A stretch of 32,000 nucleotides of DNA from Wigglesworthia glossinidia endosymbiont of Glossina morsitans morsitans (Yale colony) (GCF_000247565.1 NC_016893.1:480001-512000); one strand, 5' to 3'. Shown: positions 8,001 to 19,544, numbered from the stretch's first letter. The notes: generated by a model not told the origin, from the sequence alone. Numbers and translations are program-made.

Positions 8001-8040
8001 AAATGCACGATCATAAAAATTAGTTTTATGGAGATTTTAA

Positions 8041-9966
8041 ATGGGAAAAATTATTGGAATTGATTTAGGAACGACTAATTCTTGTGTTGCAGTTATTGAA
8101 AACGGACAAACACGAGTAATTGAAAATAGCGAAGGTGATCGAACAACTCCATCTATTATTGCGTATACAAAAGAAGGAGAAATTTTAGTTGGTCAACCCG
8201 CTAAACGTCAATCTGTTACTAATCCAAAAAATACATTTTTTGCTATCAAACGTTTAATTGGAAGACGTTTTAAAGATTCAGAAGTACAGCGTGACAAAAG
8301 TATTATGCCATATAAAATTGTTTCATCTGAAAACGGAGATGCATGGTTAGATGTTAAAGGACAAAATATTGCTCCTCCACAAATTTCTGCTGAAATTTTA
8401 AAAAAAATGAAAAAAACAGCAGAAGATTATCTCGGAGTAGAAGTGAAAGAAGCGGTAATTACTGTGCCAGCTTATTTTAATGATACACAACGACAAGCAA
8501 CAAAAGATGCCGGAAGAATAGCAGGTTTAGACGTAAAAAGAATTATTAATGAACCAACGGCTGCAGCATTAGCTTATGGACTAGATAAAAAAACAGGCAA
8601 TAGAATAATTGCAGTATATGATTTAGGAGGTGGTACATTTGATATTTCCATCATCGAAGTGGATGATGTTGACGGAGAAAAAACATTTGAAGTTTTATCT
8701 ACAAACGGAGATACTCATTTAGGCGGAGAAGATTTTGACAGTCAGTTAATTAAATATTTAGTAGATGAATTTAAAAAAGATCAAGGCATTGATTTGCGCA
8801 ATGATCCTTTAGCCATGCAAAGATTAAAAGAATCTGCTGAAAAAGCAAAAATTGAACTTTCTTCAGTACATCAAACAGACGTAAATCTACCATACATTAC
8901 TGCGGATGCTACTGGTCCAAAACACATGAATATCAAAGTTACACGTGCTAAATTAGAATCGTTGGTAGAAACATTAGTAACAAAAACTCTAGAACCATTA
9001 AAAATGGCTTTAAAAGATGCCAATCTAAAAATTACTGATATAAAAGACGTCATTTTAGTAGGTGGTCAAACAAGAATGCCATTAGTGCAAAAAAAAGTTA
9101 CTGACTTTTTTGGTAAAGATCCTAGAAAAGATGTTAATCCAGATGAAGCAGTAGCGATAGGTGCAGCAGTGCAAGGAGGAGTATTAGCCGGAGACGTGAA
9201 AGACGTATTATTACTTGATGTAACACCATTATCATTAGGTATTGAAACTATGGGGGGAGTTATGACCTCTTTAATTTCAAAAAATACAACTATTCCGACT
9301 AAACATAGTCAAATTTTTTCTACAGCCGAAGATAATCAATCTGCAGTTACTATTCATATATTACAAGGCGAACGAAAAAGAGCAAGAGATAACAAGTCTT
9401 TAGGACAATTTAATTTAGACGGCATAGCACCAGCTATGCGTGGAATGCCGCAAATTGAAGTAACTTTCGATATCGATGCAGACGGTATTCTTCATGTATC
9501 TGCTAAAGATAAAAATAGTGGAAGAGAACAAAAAATTACTATTAAAGCTTCCTCTGGATTAAACGAAGCAGAAATACAAAAAATGGTTAAAGAAGCAGAG
9601 GCAAACGTCGAATTTGATCGTCAATTTGAAGAATTAATTAAAACTAAAAATCAAGCAGATCATTTACTACATAGTACGAAAAAACAACTAAAAGATGCAA
9701 AAACATTGCCAGTTGAAAAAAGAACAGAAATAGAAAAGTCTCTTAATGCTTTAGAGTTATCTGTAAAAGGAGAAAATAAAAAAGAAATTGAAGAAAAAAT
9801 ACAATTATTAATACAATCAGCAAGCTGTTTAATTGAATTTTCTAAACAACAAAACACACCTAAAAATGAAGAAAGTTTAAAAGAAAACAAAAATAATAAT
9901 CAAAATAAATCTAGTGATGACGTAGTTGAAGCAGAATTTGAAGAAATTAAAGATAAAAAAAATTAA
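8041..9966 (+). CDS. dnaK: molecular chaperone DnaK (Hsp70)
   Basis: 641 aa with [37 protein letters not shown] and a C-terminal EAEFEE.KDKK. Confidence 0.98.
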   Translation: MGKIIGIDLGTTNSCVAVIENGQTRVIENSEGDRTTPSIIAYTKEGEILVGQPAKRQSVTNPKNTFFAIKRLIGRRFKDSEVQRDKSIMPYKIVSSENGDAWLDVKGQNIAPPQISAEILKKMKKTAEDYLGVEVKEAVITVPAYFNDTQRQATKDAGRIAGLDVKRIINEPTAAALAYGLDKKTGNRIIAVYDLGGGTFDISIIEVDDVDGEKTFEVLSTNGDTHLGGEDFDSQLIKYLVDEFKKDQGIDLRNDPLAMQRLKESAEKAKIELSSVHQTDVNLPYITADATGPKHMNIKVTRAKLESLVETLVTKTLEPLKMALKDANLKITDIKDVILVGGQTRMPLVQKKVTDFFGKDPRKDVNPDEAVAIGAAVQGGVLAGDVKDVLLLDVTPLSLGIETMGGVMTSLISKNTTIPTKHSQIFSTAEDNQSAVTIHILQGERKRARDNKSLGQFNLDGIAPAMRGMPQIEVTFDIDADGILHVSAKDKNSGREQKITIKASSGLNEAEIQKMVKEAEANVEFDRQFEELIKTKNQADHLLHSTKKQLKDAKTLPVEKRTEIEKSLNALELSVKGENKKEIEEKIQLLIQSASCLIEFSKQQNTPKNEESLKENKNNNQNKSSDDVVEAEFEEIKDKKN

Positions 9967-10028
9967 TTATTTTATTTAATATGATGAATAATATTTAAAA
10001 TATTAATTTTTGTGAAAAAGAGAAAAAA

Positions 10029-11153
10029 ATGGCAAAATCAGACTATTATGCAAGTTTAGGTATTTCTAAAAACGCAAGCGAACGCGAAATAAAAAAAGCG
10101 TATAAAAGATTAGCTGTTAAATTTCATCCTGATCGAAATCCAGGAAATGCTCAAGCGGAATCAAAATTTAAAGAAATTAAAGAAGCTTATGAAATTTTAA
10201 TAGACTCTAAAAAACGTGCAGCATATGATCAATACGGACATACAGCATTCGATCAAAACACTTCGCATACAGAATTTACGTCTAGTGCAGATTTTAGCGA
10301 TATTTTTGGAGATGTATTTGGAGATATTTTTGGAAATAATAAGCGTACTCGAAATAATCGCGGATCAGATTTGCAATACAATATCAGTTTATCTCTAGAA
10401 GAAGCAGTACGTGGAATTATTAAAGAAGTACGAATTCCTACCTTAGAAAGATGCAATGTTTGTTCTGGTAATGGAGCACAACCAGGAACAACCCCAAAAA
10501 CATGTTCTACATGTAACGGTCAAGGACAAATACAAATGCGACAAGGTTTTTTTGCAGTGCAACAAACCTGTCCTACATGTCGAGGAAAATGTAAAATTAT
10601 TAAATATCCTTGCAGATATTGTTTCGGTCAAGGTCGCGTGGAAAAAGCAAAAAAACTTTCAGTAAGAATTCCAGCAGGAGTTGACAATGGAGATAAAATT
10701 CGCCTTTCTGGGGAAGGCGAAGCAGGTGTATTAGGAGGTACAAAAGGAGATTTGTATGTACAAATTTCAGTAAAAGAACATCCAATATTTAAAAGAGAAG
10801 AAAATAATTTATATTGTGAAGTGCCTATTAATTTTACAATGGCTGCATTAGGGGGCGATATTGAGGTTCCAGCACTAGACGGAAGAGTAAAACTGAGAAT
10901 TCCGTCAGAAACTCAAACTGGAAGATTATTTCGTATGCGAGGCAAGGGAGTAAAATCTATTAGAAGTGGATATCAAGGAGATCTGTTATGTAGAGTAGTC
11001 GTTGAAACACCGGTAAAATTAAATGAACGTCAAAAATATCTTTTAAAAGAATTAGGATTAAGTTTTTCTAGTCATTCAGGAATAAATAATAGTCCTAGGT
11101 CAAAAAGTTTTTTTGATGGAGTAAAAAAATTTTTTGATGGATTAACTAATTAA
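10029..11153 (+). CDS. dnaJ: co-chaperone DnaJ (Hsp40)
   Basis: 374 aa. It has a J-domain with HPD, the DIF region [16 protein letters not shown], four CxxCxGx(G/C) zinc motifs and a C-terminal [17 protein letters not shown]. Confidence 0.97.
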   Translation: MAKSDYYASLGISKNASEREIKKAYKRLAVKFHPDRNPGNAQAESKFKEIKEAYEILIDSKKRAAYDQYGHTAFDQNTSHTEFTSSADFSDIFGDVFGDIFGNNKRTRNNRGSDLQYNISLSLEEAVRGIIKEVRIPTLERCNVCSGNGAQPGTTPKTCSTCNGQGQIQMRQGFFAVQQTCPTCRGKCKIIKYPCRYCFGQGRVEKAKKLSVRIPAGVDNGDKIRLSGEGEAGVLGGTKGDLYVQISVKEHPIFKREENNLYCEVPINFTMAALGGDIEVPALDGRVKLRIPSETQTGRLFRMRGKGVKSIRSGYQGDLLCRVVVETPVKLNERQKYLLKELGLSFSSHSGINNSPRSKSFFDGVKKFFDGLTN

Positions 11154-11214
11154 AATGATTATGACATTTTTAATAAAACATTATTATACAAATTTTTTTA
11201 AAAATACTTGACTT

Positions 11215-12411
11215 ATGTTAAAACAAAATACTTTCAATTTTTTAAAAAATCCAGTTTTTGGAGAATTACTATTAATATTTTGTTGTACATTAGCAATTTT
11301 TATGACAAATAGTAATTTTTTAAATTTATACAAAGATATTATTAATTATCCAATATTTAAATTTTATTCACACTATGAAAATTTTACAATATTAGATTTA
11401 GTAAACAATATCTTAATGACATTATTTTTTTTAGAAATAGGAATAGAAATCAAGCACGAAATACTTTTTGGTGCTTTAAACAATAAATCAAAAGCGATAT
11501 TACCGGGGATTGCCGCACTTGGAGGCATGATCATTCCAGCTTTAGTTTACAGTTTAACTACCATGAAAGAAAATAATATCATTCAATCGGGATGGGCTAT
11601 TTCTATAGCTACAGACATAGTATTCGCTGTTGGAATTTTAAGGATGTTAGGCAATAAAATTCCGCATAGTCTTATAGTATTTTTACTCGCTTTAGCAATT
11701 TTTGATGATATAGGTGCAATATTAGCTATTGCGTTATTTTATAGCAGCAAAATAAATCAGAGTATGATTTTATGTTCTTTCGGAATAATATTAATTTTAT
11801 TTTTATTAAATTTTTATAAAATAAAATACTTAACTATTTATTGTATTTTAGGAGTTTCATTATGGGTGTTCATATTTTTTTCAGGTATTCATGCAACTTT
11901 GTCGGGAATTATTTTAGGCGTTATATTACCGCATCAATCTTCAATAAATAAAAATTATTTTAATGCTATTTTCTATTTTAAAAAATTATTAAGCAAACTA
12001 ACAAAATATTGCATATTACCATGTTTTGCTTTTGTAAATTCTGGTATTCATGTTAATAATATATCTTATGATATGATGTTTTCTTCTTTAACGATTGGAA
12101 TTTTTTTAGGATTAGTATTTGGAAAACCTGTTGGAGTATTTATTTTTTCATATTTATCTATTCTATGCAAATTTTCTAAATTACCTACTGGAATTTCCTT
12201 AAAAGAAATATTCGGAGTTTCACTTTTATGTGGTATAGGATTTACTATGTCAATCTTTATTTCTAATTTAGCATTTTCTGATATATATATAAAAAATCTC
12301 GAATTAGCAAAATTCAGCGTATTATTATCGTCGCTAATCTCAGGAGTTTCGGGATTTTTATTTTTATATAAAATATATAAAAATAAAAAAGTTAATAAAC
12401 GAATAATTTAA
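11215..12411 (+). CDS. nhaA: Na+/H+ antiporter NhaA
   Basis: 398 aa polytopic membrane protein. It has GWAI..ATDI.FA.G (Asp133 equivalent), the LALAIFDDIGAI DD pair (Asp163/164 equivalents), and CGIGFTMSIFI. It lies downstream of dnaJ as in E. coli. Confidence 0.9.
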   Translation: MLKQNTFNFLKNPVFGELLLIFCCTLAIFMTNSNFLNLYKDIINYPIFKFYSHYENFTILDLVNNILMTLFFLEIGIEIKHEILFGALNNKSKAILPGIAALGGMIIPALVYSLTTMKENNIIQSGWAISIATDIVFAVGILRMLGNKIPHSLIVFLLALAIFDDIGAILAIALFYSSKINQSMILCSFGIILILFLLNFYKIKYLTIYCILGVSLWVFIFFSGIHATLSGIILGVILPHQSSINKNYFNAIFYFKKLLSKLTKYCILPCFAFVNSGIHVNNISYDMMFSSLTIGIFLGLVFGKPVGVFIFSYLSILCKFSKLPTGISLKEIFGVSLLCGIGFTMSIFISNLAFSDIYIKNLELAKFSVLLSSLISGVSGFLFLYKIYKNKKVNKRII

Positions 12412-12413
12412 AA

Positions 12414-12686
12414 TTAATTTAATTTTGAAATTAATTTAATTTTTTTAGATAATCTTGATTTGTATCGAGAAGCTACATTTTTATGAATTAAACCTTTTTG
12501 AGAATATTTATCAACAATAGACTGCATAGCTTTAAAAGCTGCTTTAGCAGATTCTTCATTTTTATTTAAAATTTCAATGTTTACTTTTTTTATAAAACTA
12601 CGCACCATTGATTTTTGACCAGCGTTCTTACGGCGTTTTTTTTCGGATTGAATTGCTCTTTTTTTTGCAGATTTTATATTAGACAA
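12414..12686 (-). CDS. rpsT: 30S ribosomal protein S20
   Basis: (M)SNIKSAKKRAIQSEK... matches the N-terminus of E. coli S20. I place the start at the TTG at 12686-12684, preceded by AGGAG 7 nt upstream; E. coli rpsT also starts at UUG. The track's start at 12701 is a TTG lying inside that SD region. Confidence 0.9.
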   Translation of the reverse strand: MSNIKSAKKRAIQSEKKRRKNAGQKSMVRSFIKKVNIEILNKNEESAKAAFKAMQSIVDKYSQKGLIHKNVASRYKSRLSKKIKLISKLN

Positions 12687-12904
12687 CTGAATACTCCTCA
12701 AAAGTAATAATATAACTATTATATTAATTAAAGATAATAAGAATTAATTATTTTAGAAAATTAATATATAAAATATTTATATCATGAATTTAAAAAAAAT
12801 TTTTTATTAATACAAAACTCAAAATTTTTTACTTACATATTTAAAATATTTTATATTATAATATTTTTTATTTTTATCATCTACTTTTTATTTTATTTAA
12901 AAAC

Positions 12905-13843
12905 ATGAAAATTCGACATGCTCGAAAAATATCTACAATCAAACAGTATCATGATAAATCTATCATTACAATTGGTAATTTTGACGGAGTACATTTAGGA
13001 CATCAAAAAATAATAAAACAATTAAAACTAGAAAGTATAAAAAGAAATCTTTCAATGATATTACTAGTTTTTGAACCTCAACCAAAAGAATATTTGTCCA
13101 AATTTGCTCCAAAAAGAATTACGATATTACGTGATAAAATAAAATATTTTAAGCATTTAGGTATTACTCAAGTAATTTGTATTAATTTTAACAAATATTT
13201 TGCAAAATTACATGCAGAATATTTCATTAAAGAATTTTTAGTACGTATATTAAATACAAAATGTATAGTAATTGGAGAAAATTTTAGGTTTGGTTATAAA
13301 GCGCAAGGAGATATCGATTTGCTTAAATTGCAAGGGAAAAAATTAGGATTTGATGTCATAATAGTAGCAACATCTAAGATATATCATCAACGAATTAGTA
13401 GCACTAAAATCAGAAAAGCTTTAAAAAAAAATGATTTGCAATATGCAGAAAACATGTTAGGTCATACGTATTGCATTTCAGGGAAAGTTATACACGGAAA
13501 TGCTATTGGAAGAACTATAGGAATTCCAACAATTAATATTTCTTTGAAGAATAAAAAATTAGCTGTTAATGGCGTATATGCAGTAGAATTAAATGGTATT
13601 AACAAAAATGTTGTGCATGGAGTTGCTAATATCGGTATCAGACCAACATTTTCTGGAATAAAACAAAACATAGAAGTTCATCTTTTGAATATAGATGGTA
13701 ATTTTTATTCTAAACATGTTGAAATTATAATAAAAAAAAAGATCAGAGAAGAAAATCAATTTGCATCTTTATCTAAATTAAAAAAACAAATTTTAGCTGA
13801 TATTAAAAATGTTAATAATTATTTTATAAATAAAAATATATAA
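12905..13843 (+). CDS. ribF: bifunctional riboflavin kinase / FMN adenylyltransferase
   Basis: 312 aa with TIGNFDGVHLGHQ, F.FG, SST.IR, GRTIG.PT.N, GVYAV, GVANIG.RPT and E.HLL. Confidence 0.93.
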   Translation: MKIRHARKISTIKQYHDKSIITIGNFDGVHLGHQKIIKQLKLESIKRNLSMILLVFEPQPKEYLSKFAPKRITILRDKIKYFKHLGITQVICINFNKYFAKLHAEYFIKEFLVRILNTKCIVIGENFRFGYKAQGDIDLLKLQGKKLGFDVIIVATSKIYHQRISSTKIRKALKKNDLQYAENMLGHTYCISGKVIHGNAIGRTIGIPTINISLKNKKLAVNGVYAVELNGINKNVVHGVANIGIRPTFSGIKQNIEVHLLNIDGNFYSKHVEIIIKKKIREENQFASLSKLKKQILADIKNVNNYFINKNI

Positions 13844-13855
13844 GGTAAAAAATTT

Positions 13856-16666
13856 ATGAACGATTACAAAAATACGTTGAATCTACCTAATACTAAATTT
13901 AAAATGCGCGCTAATTTAGTAAAATTAGAACAAGAAATATTAACATTGTGGTATCAGAACAACTTGTATAATAAAATCAGAGAATCTAAAAAAGGAAAAA
14001 AAAAGTTCTTTTTGCATGACGGTCCTCCATATGCTAATGGAAACATTCATATTGGTCACGCAGTAAATAAAATCTTAAAAGATATAATTATTAAATATCA
14101 GTCATTGTCTGGATATGATGCTCCATATTTACCAGGATGGGATTGTCACGGATTACCTATTGAATTACAAGTAGAAAAAAAAATTGGAACTCCAACAGAT
14201 CTAGCAAGTGCTAAAATTTTTAGAAAGAAATGTCGTTCTTATGCTTTAAAACAAATAAAAAAACAAAAAAAAGATTTTATTCGTATAGGTGTTTTAGGAG
14301 ATTGGAAGAATGCATATATAACGATGAATTTTGAAACAGAAGCAAATATTATAAGAACATTAAATAAAATAATTAAAAAAAAATATGTATACCAAGGTAT
14401 TAAACCAGTCCATTGGTGCATAAATTGCAAATCAGCTTTGGCTGAAACAGAAGTGAGTTATTCCACAAAAGAATCATTAGCTATGGATGTAGCTTTTTCA
14501 GCTTTTTGCATGAGTTCAGTAAAAAAAATCTTTAAATTAAAAAATTCACATAATTTATCTGATATTAAAATATTAATTTGGACTACCACACCTTGGACTC
14601 TTGTAGCAAATCGAGCAATTGCTGTACATGAAAATTATGAATATGTTGCAATAAAAGTTAATCAAGAACTATTAATTATCGCAGATCTTTTAGTTAAATC
14701 AGTAACTAAACGATTGAAAATAAATAAAATTGAAATTATTGGAAAAACTTTAGGAAAAGAATTAAACAATTTGATTTTTACTAATCCATTAACAAATGTA
14801 AATGTACCTATTATAATAAGTAAACATGTAACTTTAGATTTAGGATCCGGAGCTGTACATATTGCACCTGCTTATGGAGAAGATGATTATAAAATCAGCA
14901 AAAAACATAATCTTGAAATATATGATCCAATATCTTTAGATGGGAACTATTTATTAAATAATTTACCGTCTTTAGACGGATTAAATATTTTTACAGTAGA
15001 TAAAAAAATAAATAATTTATTAAAAAATAAAAATGCATTATATAGTTCGGATAATATTCAACATAGTTATCCTCATTGTTGGAGACATAAAATACCAACT
15101 TTTTTTCGTGCTACTAAGCAATGGTTTATAAATATGAATCATAATCAACTACGTCAAAAAGTTATTGCAGAAATTAAAAAAATTAGTTGGGTACCCTACT
15201 ATGGTATGGAGCAAATTACAAATTTAGTATTAAATCGTCCTGATTGGTGCATTTCTCGACAACGTATCTGGGGAATCCCAATATCTATCTTTGTTAATAA
15301 AGATAACGAAAGTATACATCCTAAAAATTTTGAATTAATAGAAAAAGTCTCAAAAAAAATAAAAATTCATGGAATTCAAGCTTGGTGGGATTTAAATAAA
15401 AATGAATTATTAGGCAATGAAAAAAACGTTTACAAACAAATTACAGATACATTAGATGTATGGTTCGATTCGGGTTCTACTTACGATTCTATATTAAGAA
15501 AAAAATGGTTATTTTTAAAAAATAATCCAGTAGACATGTATTTGGAAGGTTCAGATCAATATAGAGGGTGGTTTATGTCTTCTATTGTTTTATCAACAGC
15601 AATCACAGGACATAGACCATGTAAAACTATTTTAGCACATGGTTTTGTGGTAGATTCAAAAGGAAGAAAAATGTCTAAATCTGCTGGTAATATTGTATCT
15701 CCAAACTCTATTATTGAAAAATTTGGAGCAGATATTTTACGTCTTTGGGTAGCTTCTAATGATTATAAATCAGATATGCACATTTCAGAAGAAATCATTC
15801 AGCGTTCTGTAGATATATATCGTCGTATTAGAAATACTATACGTTTTTTATTATCTAATACTAATGATTTCAATCCTAACGAAGATTTAATTGCTATAAA
15901 CGATATGCTCAGTATAGATCAATGGGCATTAATGAAAACTAAAAAAAAACAGAAAGAAATCATTTTTTCATATAAAAAATATCACTTTTATGAAGTTATA
16001 AAAAAAATTATCGAATTTTGTTCGACAGATATGGGTTCTTTTTATCTTGATATTGTTAAAGATCGTCAATATACAAATTTTAAAACAAGCTTATCGCGTC
16101 GAAGTTGTCAAACAACATTATATTACATTTTAGAATCGATTGTACGTTGGATTATGCCCATTTTACCTTTTACAGCACATGAAGTTTGGCAATATATTCC
16201 TGGTAATCGTTCAAAATACATTTTTACAGAAGAATGGTATAACAAAATTTTAGAAATCAAATGTAACAATCGCATTACAAAAATTATTTGGAATATTTTA
16301 AATAATCTTCGGGCAAAAATTAATAAAATGATTGAATATAAACGTAAAGAAAAAAAAATTCACAGTTCATTAGAAGTTAAAGTTATTATATATTTGGATG
16401 AAAGTATTTTAAATAAAATAATTTTCTTAAAAAAAGAACTACATTTCTTTTTCTTAGTTTCTGAAGTTGTACTAAAAAACTATTGTGATGAATTGAAAAA
16501 TTCTGATATTGCTAGTGAAAATAAAAGATTAAAAATTTATATAGAAAAATCCGAAGGTCAAAAATGTTTAAGATGTTGGCATTATACTAATTTGATAGAA
16601 AAAGACATATGTGAACGTTGCACAAATAATATTGCAGGAAATTCAGAGATACGTAATTTTTTTTAA
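13856..16666 (+). CDS. ileS: isoleucyl-tRNA synthetase
   Basis: 936 aa with the HIGH motif (PPYANGNIHIGHA), KMSKS, and a C-terminal Cys cluster CLRCWH...CERC. Confidence 0.97.
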   Translation: MNDYKNTLNLPNTKFKMRANLVKLEQEILTLWYQNNLYNKIRESKKGKKKFFLHDGPPYANGNIHIGHAVNKILKDIIIKYQSLSGYDAPYLPGWDCHGLPIELQVEKKIGTPTDLASAKIFRKKCRSYALKQIKKQKKDFIRIGVLGDWKNAYITMNFETEANIIRTLNKIIKKKYVYQGIKPVHWCINCKSALAETEVSYSTKESLAMDVAFSAFCMSSVKKIFKLKNSHNLSDIKILIWTTTPWTLVANRAIAVHENYEYVAIKVNQELLIIADLLVKSVTKRLKINKIEIIGKTLGKELNNLIFTNPLTNVNVPIIISKHVTLDLGSGAVHIAPAYGEDDYKISKKHNLEIYDPISLDGNYLLNNLPSLDGLNIFTVDKKINNLLKNKNALYSSDNIQHSYPHCWRHKIPTFFRATKQWFINMNHNQLRQKVIAEIKKISWVPYYGMEQITNLVLNRPDWCISRQRIWGIPISIFVNKDNESIHPKNFELIEKVSKKIKIHGIQAWWDLNKNELLGNEKNVYKQITDTLDVWFDSGSTYDSILRKKWLFLKNNPVDMYLEGSDQYRGWFMSSIVLSTAITGHRPCKTILAHGFVVDSKGRKMSKSAGNIVSPNSIIEKFGADILRLWVASNDYKSDMHISEEIIQRSVDIYRRIRNTIRFLLSNTNDFNPNEDLIAINDMLSIDQWALMKTKKKQKEIIFSYKKYHFYEVIKKIIEFCSTDMGSFYLDIVKDRQYTNFKTSLSRRSCQTTLYYILESIVRWIMPILPFTAHEVWQYIPGNRSKYIFTEEWYNKILEIKCNNRITKIIWNILNNLRAKINKMIEYKRKEKKIHSSLEVKVIIYLDESILNKIIFLKKELHFFFLVSEVVLKNYCDELKNSDIASENKRLKIYIEKSEGQKCLRCWHYTNLIEKDICERCTNNIAGNSEIRNFF

Positions 16667-16678
16667 AATTATTAAAAT

Positions 16679-17149
16679 ATGAAAAAAATAAAATTTATAT
16701 TTATTGTTCTTATTATCTTTAGTGTAGATTTTTTTAGTAAAAAGTGGATTATTGACAATTTTTTAATAGAACAAAACGTTAATATTACTTCTATGATACG
16801 TTTAATACATTTACGTAATTCTGGAATTGCATTTGGATTGTTTCAATGTGAAACACATTGGCAATCTAAAGTTTTATTAATTATTTCTATTTTTATTTTA
16901 TTCGTTCTTTTAAAAATTTGTATCACATGTAAAAACAAATTAGATAAAATAAGTTATTCAATTATTTTAGGAGGCGCTTCAGGTAACATATATGATCGTA
17001 TTTTGTATGGATCAGTGACAGATTTTATCGATTTACATTTAGGTATTTGGCATTGGCCAGTGTTTAATATTGCAGATATTAGTATTTTAGTTGGAGCAGG
17101 TATGTTACTTTTAAAAAGTAATAATAAATTTATATTGAAATTTGAATAA
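16679..17149 (+). CDS. lspA: lipoprotein signal peptidase (signal peptidase II)
   Basis: 156 aa membrane protein with N.G.AFG, GGA.GN..DR and FNIAD motifs. It follows ileS as in E. coli. Confidence 0.9.
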   Translation: MKKIKFIFIVLIIFSVDFFSKKWIIDNFLIEQNVNITSMIRLIHLRNSGIAFGLFQCETHWQSKVLLIISIFILFVLLKICITCKNKLDKISYSIILGGASGNIYDRILYGSVTDFIDLHLGIWHWPVFNIADISILVGAGMLLLKSNNKFILKFE

Positions 17150-17217
17150 ATTTTAATTTTTTTATTTTTTTATTTTTGTTATATTTTTATATTATCATTA
17201 AAATTTTAATAAATAAA

Positions 17218-18156
17218 ATGAAAATATTTTTAGCTAATCCAAGAGGAATGTGTGCAGGAGTAGAGCGAGCGATTAATATTGCAAATAATTCTTTAAAAAT
17301 ATATGGTCCTCCTATTTACATTCATCATGAATTAGTGCATAACAAATACGTAGTAGATTGCTTAAAACAAAAAGGCATGATTTTTGTTGAAAATATCAAA
17401 AATGTACCAAAAAATTCAATTTTAATTTTTTCTGCTCATGGAGTATCAAAAAGAGTTCAAAAATTAGCTCAAGAACGTTACTTAACAATATTAGACGCTA
17501 CATGTCCGTTAGTTAAAAAAGTGCATCATGAAGTATCTAAATCTAGCTTAAGAGGCAAAGAGGTAATTTTAATAGGTCATAAAAATCATCCAGAAGTGAT
17601 TGGAACACTTGGTCAATATGAAAATAAAAAAGGTAAAATTTATTTAATAGAATCTTTAAAAGATGTGCAAAAATTAAAAGTCAAAAATGTTGATAATTTG
17701 TGTTTTACTACACAAACTACTTTATCAATTGAAGAAACTTCTAAAATTATTTTAAAATTAAAAAAGAGATTTCCTAAAATTCATGGTCCACATAAACAAG
17801 ATATTTGTTTCGCTACTGAAAATAGACAAAATGCAGTTAAATTACTTATAAAATTTGTAGATATAATGTTAGTTGTTGGATCAAAAAACTCTTCGAATTC
17901 TAATCGATTGTTAGAATTAGCAAAAAAATCCAAGAAACCAGCATATTTAATTGATAATAATCAAGATCTTAATATTTTTTGGTTTAAAAATGTCAAAAAA
18001 ATTGGTATTACTTCTGGTGCATCAGCTCCAGAAATTTTAACTGAACAAATTATTTCTCATTTAAAACATGTTTTTAATTTTTCTATTTCTATATATAATG
18101 TTCCAGGAAAAAAAGAAAACGTCACTTTTTCCGTACCGAAAGAATTACAAATATAA
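17218..18156 (+). CDS. ispH: 4-hydroxy-3-methylbut-2-enyl diphosphate reductase
   Basis: MKIFLANPRGMCAGVERAI aligns with the E. coli IspH N-terminus MQILLANPRGFCAGV, so I chose the ATG at 17218 rather than the track start at 17176. Other matches are FSAHGVS, DATCPLV.KVH, TQTTLS and VVGSKNSSNSNRL. Confidence 0.93.
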   Translation: MKIFLANPRGMCAGVERAINIANNSLKIYGPPIYIHHELVHNKYVVDCLKQKGMIFVENIKNVPKNSILIFSAHGVSKRVQKLAQERYLTILDATCPLVKKVHHEVSKSSLRGKEVILIGHKNHPEVIGTLGQYENKKGKIYLIESLKDVQKLKVKNVDNLCFTTQTTLSIEETSKIILKLKKRFPKIHGPHKQDICFATENRQNAVKLLIKFVDIMLVVGSKNSSNSNRLLELAKKSKKPAYLIDNNQDLNIFWFKNVKKIGITSGASAPEILTEQIISHLKHVFNFSISIYNVPGKKENVTFSVPKELQI

Positions 18157-18178
18157 ATAAGAAGTTTATAAGATATAA

Positions 18179-19357
18179 TTAAGTTTGAATAAAAATTTTA
18201 TTAGCAGTATTTTGAGAGTTTAAAATAGATTCTTGAACTGTTTTAGAACGATCTAATAACACACCTAACCTACGAAAGCCATATATTTTTGGTTTGGAAA
18301 ATATACGAATTTGTTGATTTTTTTTTATTATTTCCAAATTGCTAAAACTAATCGAGTTTCCATATAAATTTTTACCGAATAAAACCGCAGAAGAAGATGG
18401 GCCGTAATGATTAATTTTATTTATTGGAATACCAAGAAAAGCACGAACATGTAAAGCAAATTCAGACAAATCTTGAGAAATTAATGTTACCATTCCTGTA
18501 TCATGAGGCCTAGGTGAAATTTCACTGAAGATTATTTTTTCCTTATATACGAAAAACTCTACTCCAAAAACTCCGTGTCCTCCTAATTGAGAAATTATTT
18601 TTTTGGAAATTTTCTTTGCTTTTTTCAAAACATCAACGCTCATTTTTTGAGGCTGCCAAGATGATTTATAATCTCCATTTTCTTGAAAATGCCCAATAGG
18701 CAGGCAAAAATGAATGCCATCGACAGAACTTACTGCAAGTAACGTAAATTCAAAATCAAAGGGTATATATTTTTCGATTATTACTTCTTGTTTCTGGACT
18801 CTGCCATATTTTTGAGATTTCTCCCATGCGACATCAATTTCATTTTCATGATTAATAAAACTTTGACCTTTACCCGAAGAACTCATTATTGGTTTAATAA
18901 TACATGGAAATCCTAAATTTTTTACGTTTTTTTTTGCTTCTTGGTAATTAGAAGCAAATTGATATTTAGAAGTAGGAATTCTTAATATTTTAGATGTTAG
19001 ATGCCGAATTAATTTTCGGTTCATAGTGGTATGTACAGCATATGCAGAAGGTACCACTCGATATCCATTTTTTTCTAATTTCACCAATGTATTTGTGTCA
19101 ATTGATTCAATTTCTGGAACAATAAAATTTGGTTGTTCAATGGTAATACAACGTTCTAATTCTTTTGCATTCAACATATCGATTATATGTTGACGATGTG
19201 CAACGTGCATTGCTGGGGCGTTAGAATAGCGATCAACAGCAATTACTTCCATGCCCATTCTTTGACATTCGATAGCAATTTCTTTGCCTAGTTCTCCAGA
19301 TCCTAATAGCATGACGCGTGTAGAATTTTTGCATAAAGCTGTTTTAATAGTAATCAT
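18179..19357 (-). CDS. purT: formate-dependent phosphoribosylglycinamide formyltransferase (GAR transformylase 2)
   Basis: 392 aa with TRVMLLGSGELGKE.AIECQR.G.EVIAVDRY..APAMHVAH, KP.MSSSGKGQ and FSE.SPRPHDTGMVTLISQDLSEFALHVRAFLG.P. Confidence 0.95.
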   Translation of the reverse strand: MITIKTALCKNSTRVMLLGSGELGKEIAIECQRMGMEVIAVDRYSNAPAMHVAHRQHIIDMLNAKELERCITIEQPNFIVPEIESIDTNTLVKLEKNGYRVVPSAYAVHTTMNRKLIRHLTSKILRIPTSKYQFASNYQEAKKNVKNLGFPCIIKPIMSSSGKGQSFINHENEIDVAWEKSQKYGRVQKQEVIIEKYIPFDFEFTLLAVSSVDGIHFCLPIGHFQENGDYKSSWQPQKMSVDVLKKAKKISKKIISQLGGHGVFGVEFFVYKEKIIFSEISPRPHDTGMVTLISQDLSEFALHVRAFLGIPINKINHYGPSSSAVLFGKNLYGNSISFSNLEIIKKNQQIRIFSKPKIYGFRRLGVLLDRSKTVQESILNSQNTANKIFIQT

Positions 19358-19544
19358 ATAATGATTTAAAACGTATGATTTTTATAAAATTAAATTTTAT
19401 AAAATATATATATGATATGCAATATTTTTATTATAAAAAATAATTCATTAAAATAATGAGATTTATGTAATTTCATTATATAATAATAAAAATTTTTTAT
19501 ACATAAAATTTGTATTCATATTTTATAAAATAAGCACATTATAT

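Noticed and set aside
6773-8040. The possibility that the long A/T spacer is a replication origin or carries DnaA boxes.
   Set aside because: I found no TTATCCACA/TGTGGATAA-like 9-mers and no clustered GATC sites. The flanking genes are not origin-associated.
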